From the human T2T-CHM13v2.0 reference genome, Homo sapiens, in NCBI RefSeq assembly GCF_009914755.1, contig NC_060933.1: a DNA stretch of 64,000 nucleotides. One strand, 5' to 3'. The position numbers and the translations under genes are program-made. The notes below the pieces were generated by a model. It searched no databases. It worked only from the letters and a program-made list of their open reading frames with translations, and was not told where the DNA came from. Every line of letters begins with the position of its first letter. Position 1 is the first letter of the stretch. This document shows, one piece after another, positions 54,207-64,000 of the stretch.

Positions 54207-55957
54207 TTATTCCACAGTTTAAAGAAAAAAAAGGCCAACTTCAAGCCTAGAGACAAAATTTAACAGCATTAAACTGTCTGTTAATATCTGGATTCAAACT
54301 ACCTATCTACATGAAAATAAAAAATAAACCATATAACATCTATCGCTGAATGAACTGTAGTCTCATGGCCCATCTGAAACTGTCTCATTTTATACATTTT
54401 TACCATTTCATTATACATGACAAATTAACTCACAGCAAAGACAAATAAATTATAAGAAAATAAAACCCAAAGCTGTTCGATATTAAAAGTAGTCACAGGT
54501 ACAAAATAAGACTATTTCCTCGCTAAAACAGTGGTCTAGCTGGCCTTCCTCATGGGATGCACTGAGATAAATAAAAAGTCTATCGAAGTTTTGAGCACTT
54601 TATTCTTGTATTCAGTTTGCCTCTCAGCATTTCATAAGTCAATTTATCCAAACGTCATGGCGATGGAATCTTTGACCAACTGGACAGCAGAAGAACCTAA
54701 TGTGCTCTAAAATGACCTAATGGGCTTTGAGTCCTACATCTTTCTGACCACTCAGAACTCCTTCGGTCCTCATCTTTGGGTCCAGCCCTCAGCACCAAGT
54801 TCCATTCTGGGCACACAGTAGGCATTCAATCATTACTTACTGATGGCCATGTTAATGGATTGTCAGAACACAGCTAGTGTTTTCCTTAGTGTTTCATAGA
54901 TCCAGCAGAGTTTTGAGAAACTCTGCACTCCTGCCCTTTTTAAAAAGCATGTTTAAACCTTTCATTATGAAAAATTTCAAGCCTGAACAAAGTAGAACAG
55001 AACAAAGAATCCCCATCACCCAGATTCAAACATTATCAACTCAAGGACAACCTTGCTTCACCTATATCCCCTACCACCCTCATCATTTCTTTGTAGTGAG
55101 TCCCAGACTTCATGGGGTTTCATCTATAAACATTGCACTGTGTATTTCTAAAAGATAAAAACTCTCTCAAAACATAATCACAAAACTAGTATCATACTTA
55201 AGACATTAACAATTTTTAAATGTTAAGTTTAAATTTGATGTTAAATATATTCAAATATTCAGTGTTCAGATATCTCTGATTGTCTCACCAAATTTTCTTT
55301 TAACAGCATTTGTTTGAATCAGGATCCAAATAAAGCCCGTACATTCTGCTCTCTACTCTCAGGCGCTTGTGAGTATTTCCTCACAGTATTTCCCAAAGTG
55401 ACAACTGCTGGAAGCATTCACAAAACTACAACAGTGAAGTTCAAGTTTTTTCCTCCATAAAAATTTTCATGCCTTAAAAAAGGCTGTAGTGTACTGCTAA
55501 ATCTGCTTGAATTACACTTCCATTTATCTTTCCATTTATTCCATTTACCTCCTCGGTGCATGTAACTGCTGAATGTCAGTCTGCCTTGGAGGAGGTGCTT
55601 CCATCCAACCTCCCGGGATATTCACTCTGCTTTACATTTTTCTCTGGGACTATATGGTTAGCGGGATGTCGATAATGTAAGGCAATTTTACGTTTTATAG
55701 TTCAACTCTGTAACACAGGTTGCACAGCTCTTATGCGCATGTTTTGGAGAAAAAGCTTTCTGTAACTCTTCCCATGGTGGTTGGTAAGACAGCTGTTCAA
55801 GACTGGCTGACTTCCTCTGCCCTGAGGCTCCAGGAGCAAAACCCACTAGGCACTGCGGGCAGTCTGGGTCCATTTCCCTCAGAAAAGGAAACATGACACC
55901 TCATTCTGTTTGGGACTTTAAGAGGTTTTGCTGAATGCATGCCAGTGGTGTTTCTGA

Positions 55958-55994
55958 CACACACACACATGCACACACACACGCACGCACGCGT
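55958..55994. repeat. (CA)n/(CGCA)n alternating purine-pyrimidine repeat in intron 9
   Basis: cacacacacacatgcacacacacacgcacgcacgcgt. Confidence 0.9.
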
Positions 55995-56397
55995 AACTGT
56001 ATCTACCTCCCACAAACACATTATATAGAATACAGATTTTTAAACACCAGAAACAGTATCCTTTCTCTGCCGTCATGAATACTTCTGAAAAGACCACTCA
56101 GGAAATTCCTAATGATTTTAAGAAATAATTGGAAGGCAAAATTTAACCATTTCTAGAGAAGAGACACTAAAAGTCTATTCGAATGAAACTTTGCAAACAG
56201 AGCACAAACCATGACTACCCACTCCGAGTTTATAAGTGCAGAAGGAAGATGGGGTTCCCTGGTCTGGCTGACTAGACTCATCCTGGGCTCACTGAGGTGA
56301 CAGACACCAAAGTTTCGTGACCCTTCAAACTGATAAGGAACACTGTCTTGTGCCTATAAAAATATAGGCCTAGCAGAATGGAACTACATGTCTCCTA

Positions 56398-56541
<144 letters not shown>

Positions 56542-56629
56542 CTAAGTGTTATATAAACGTTAAAATACTAATGATTAGCACCATATAGAACATATTATGG
56601 AGAAAAAAATTAAGATTAAAAAGTATGTA

Positions 56630-57233
56630 CAGCTGACTCTCAATACTTGTGAATTCTATATGTGCAAATTCATCTACTTATTAAAACTTATTTGCAACCT
56701 CCATATCAATACTTTTTTCCTGTCATCACGGATATGTGCATGTGCAGAGCAGTGAAGAATTTGAATTACCTGACACGTGTTTTCCCAGGTGAGGGTGAAC
56801 AGGCGACTGTTTCAGCTCTGATCCTGTGAACAACTACCCTTTTCATGGCCTATTTACTGCCACTTTTTTGGACTTCTGTGCTTTTTGTTGGTGATTTTGC
56901 TATTTAGAGTCGCCCCCAAGTGTCATGCTAAAGTGCCGTCTATTACTCCTAGTGCTGTGATGTCCCTTATGGAGAAAATTTGTGTGTTAGAGAAGCTTTG
57001 TTCAGGCATGAGTGGTAGTGCAATGAATCAACAGACATTAAATAAGACACCTTTAAACAAAAATACACATAAAGCAAGTTTTGTGTCAACTGGTTGATGA
57101 AAATGTTGTAACCAGAGGCTCAGAGGAACCTAACCCTATTATTTGCCCTAGCAGCAATAGTTTAGTATTTCTTATTCCAGTGTTCATGGCAACTTTATAG
57201 AATATAAGTAGGGTGAATGATGAGAATCAATTG
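56630..57233. mobile_element. MER82-like TcMar-Tigger DNA transposon in intron 8
   Basis: TA-flanked start cagctgactctcaatacttgtgaatt; inverted end gtgaatgatgagaatcaattg. Confidence 0.7.
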
Positions 57234-57282
57234 TCCTTTAGATGGTCTAAAATGATTCACTTAACAAAAGACAGCACAATAC

Positions 57283-57317
<35 letters not shown>

Positions 57318-57779
57318 AGACAGAGTCTTGCTCTGCCACCCAGGCTAGAGTGCAGTGGTAGGATCATGGCTCACTGCAGCCTTGACCTCCTGGGCTCAAG
57401 TGATTCTCCTACCTCCGCCACCCAAAGTGTTGGGATTAAAGGTGTGAGCCACCATGCCCAGCTTCAGTGCTTATCTACACTTGAGCTGTTCCTACACTTC
57501 ATCTTTAGTTTCGTATCTGTCCATTAGCACTGCTTCATTACTGTAGCCCTATAATATACGTCCTAGTATCTTCTGGTTCACTACCTCCCTCCCATTATTC
57601 TATCAACCATTGACACTCTTACAAAAACAAAAAGAAGAAAACAAATACATCTCTTCTATTGATACTTAAAATATATTTAGATTTCCTCAGAAATAGTGAA
57701 AACATTTAAAAACAACATATGGAACCCTTATTTTGAATCCTTATTCAATTAATAGACTCCTAGATTAAAATCTCAATGG

Positions 57780-60420
<2,641 letters not shown>

Positions 60421-60454
60421 AAATCTCAATGGTCATGGTTTCTAAAAACAGTTA

Positions 60455-60812
<358 letters not shown>

Positions 60813-61869
60813 TCATTCATATGCAATTCTACAAAAGGTAAAACTAATCTACAGGAATAGAAAGTAGATTAATGGCTGTCTGGGGCCAACATGGGTACTC
60901 ACTACCAAGAGGCATCAGGAAGCTTTCTGGATAAAGTTTTCTTTCTGGATAAACATTGTCTTACATAAAAATATTCCGTATCTTGACTGTGGTGGTGGAT
61001 GGCTGCAGTGATACAGATGTATATACATCTGTCAAAACTTATCAAACTTTACCCTTAAAGTAGGTGTATTTTATACGTTGATTTCACCTAAATAAAGCTG
61101 GATCTTAAAAGCTACGTATGGCCGACTCAGTGGCTCATGCCTGTAATCCCAGCATTTTGGGAGGCCCAGGCGGGCAGATCATGAGGTCAAGAGATTGAGA
61201 CCATCCTAGCCGACATGGTGAAACCCCGTCTCTACTAAAAATACAAAAATTAGCTGGGGGTGTCTGCGCACGCCTATAGTTCCAGCTACTCGGGAGGCTG
61301 AGGCAGGAGAACTGCTTGAACCTCGGGGAGGAGGTTGCAGTGAGCCAAGATGGCGCCACTGCACTCCAGCCTGACGACAGGGCAAGACTGTCTTGCGGGG
61401 GAGAAAAAAAAAGCTAAAGCTAAGTTTTGGCCAGGTGTGGTGGCTCATACCTGTAATACCAGCACTTTGGCAGGCTGAGGCAGGAGGATCGCTTGAGCCC
61501 AAGAGTTTGAGAACAGCCTGGGTAACGCAGTGAGACCCCTACTCCACAAAAAAGGGAAAAATCAGCCAGGTGTGGTGGCATGTGCCTGTAGTCCCAGCTA
61601 ACTCAGAAAGCTAAGGTGGAAGGATCACTTGAGCCCAGGAGGGTAAGGCTGCAGTGAGCTGTGTTCACACCACTGCACTCCAGCCTGGGCAACAGAGCAG
61701 TCTTGATTACTCTTTGAAGGCCAGCACTGGCATTCAGTGTTGTTCTTCTTCCCTGATCTGAGCAAAATATGCTTATGAGGCCTAATGCGCAAAGCAACGC
61801 AGACGTTATACACTAAAAGCGGTCATAAACAAAAGGCACATCTGTCAAATAGTCCAAATATTAAAATTA

Positions 61870-62037
<168 letters not shown>

Positions 62038-64000
62038 TTACATATTCCCCAGCACTTTCACCTTACAAGATTTATTCCTAAAAAAATATTCTGAATGAAT
62101 TGAAAGCTCAGTGTTTGTGATGGGTTATTTTGAGATGAACAACAGTACTATCTTCTCTCAGACGTTTTTCAGCTCACAGCATTAGCTAGGTGACCCGCCA
62201 CACACACAAACTAATTAGGCCCTCTGAGAATATTAAAACACAAACAAAACCCTCCAAACCTCCAACTGGGAAGGGGCCTAAGGGACTTTCTAAAGAAATG
62301 GGAATGTTTTACATCATAATGGGGCTGACATTCCTGGGTTACATGGGTATAATCACTGGTCAAAATTGTATGGCTGCATTCATGTGATTCAATGTCTGTC
62401 AATTTTACCCAAAACAACTATAATGAAGGTCATCATCATGAAGATGGGGTGAGGAACAGATGGCACAAGAATGATGTAATGCTGATAACAAAGCTGGGAG
62501 AAGGGTACAGGGGGCTTCACTATACCACTGTGTTTCCTTCTTATATGTTGGCATTTTTCCATAACAAAAAGTTAAAAAACTCAAACCGTTTTCCTTCACC
62601 TCCCAAAAAAAGGGGCAACCCTGTTCCCTCCTCACTCCCCACTGATGTATTATCGGATCAAGTAAAATTTGACTATGAGCTTGTCCAATGATGTTCCCAG
62701 GTGGTGGGGTAGAGAGGTCTCCTTTTCTTTTTTTTGAGATGGAGTCTCACTGTCACCCAGGTGGGAGTGCAGTGGCGCCATCTCTGCTCGCTGCAACCTC
62801 CGCCTCCAGGGTTCAAGCAATTCTCTGCCTCAGCCTCCCGAGTAGCTGGGATTACAGGCACCCGCCACCACGCTCAGCTGATTTTTGTATTTTTAGTAGA
62901 GATGGGGTTTCACCATGTTGGCCAGGCTGGTCTTGAACTCCTGACCTCTTGATTACTGACCTCGGCCTCTCAAACTGCTGGGATTACAGCTTTGAGCCAC
63001 CACGCCCGGCAGAGATCTTTTCAAAAAACACACACCTTCACACACTCTGCTCAGAGCAAGTCACTAATAAATCTCCCACATGTATGAAACTGTACGTGGT
63101 TCAGGTGTGTGGGACTGCAAAAAATACTGAGATCCACAGATAGAGTTTGCCATTACCTTCTTACTCAGAGATCTCTTGCCTCTAAGTTTCTGCTCCAATG
63201 GACAATTAGAAATGATCAGAATTAGAAAGTATCAGAGCAATGCTTTAAGGGGTATTTTACAACCCACAGCAGTAGCACTAAAAAAAAAGTTTGTTGAGGA
63301 ATAAAAAGTACATATCACTGATGTTGCTCAATCATCTTTACTCTGTCAACTCACAACTGAAAGCTGGGGAGCTAGCAATATGTTAGAAGTGATGGATGAA
63401 GAGATGCCACCCTAATTTCTACACAGGGCATGCTACCTCTGCCTGTCTTTAAGGAAAAACATTTTCTTAGATTTAAAAATATTCAATGTAGGATTCTTGG
63501 GAAATGGAAAAGTACAAAAAACAATTAAATAAATCAGCTAATCATACCACACGGTGATAATTTTTGTCTTTCTTGTATAAACATATAAATTACTTTGTTC
63601 AGAATCAGGATTTTACTGTAGTTTTAGGACCTGATTTTAAAAACATTATGCTGTGAGCATTTCTAAATTATTTCGGATTACATGATTTTAATGGAGACGT
63701 TCTGCCTGTGAGTATACCATAAACTACTTATTTCCCTAATGTTGGATTTAGTTGTTTCCTTCATTTGCTTTTTCATATCACAATATGAATATCCTTCAAA
63801 ATGTGACATCATTTCTCGTAAGTTTTTAAAGACAGCACCACAGGAATGGGTCAAAGGGCATGGAATTACTTGGATCCTGGAATGTATCTGCCCATTTGCC
63901 TTCCAGAAAGGCAGTGCCAATTTAAACTCCTTCCAGTGTCATAGGAACACTCTTTGTCTCACCACATCTGTGTTAGCACTGACTATTACTATTAAAAACA

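Overview
This is human (primate) genomic DNA, not microbial. The right 26 kb carries the 3' half of SPTLC1 (serine palmitoyltransferase long chain base subunit 1) on the minus strand. Eight coding exons (numbered 8-15 from my recollection of the gene) all have GT-AG junctions and consistent phases, read open to a TAG at 38938-38940, and are followed by a ~1.3 kb 3' UTR with three AATAAA signals. The left 37 kb is intergenic and dominated by repeats: roughly 50 Alus across the window, old L1s, MaLR/ERV LTRs and DNA transposons. It also holds three retrocopies: an RPL21 pseudogene, an HSPE1 pseudogene and an unidentified GC-rich 3'UTR-only retrocopy. Almost all ORFs in the supplied track are Alu-derived or chance ORFs. 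I found no evidence for a novel multi-gene system. The most interesting signals are small. (1) An AluY whose target-site duplication copies the branch-point region of the last SPTLC1 intron, which also forms a hairpin. (2) An open alternative reading frame in the last exon. (3) The orphan UTR retrocopy and repeated re-use of single insertion sites. (4) A tail-to-tail inverted Alu pair with deletions that remove the stem. (5) A CpG-retaining patch near 10-11 kb. Repeat subfamily names are assigned by eye from remembered consensus motifs and need RepeatMasker/Dfam confirmation.
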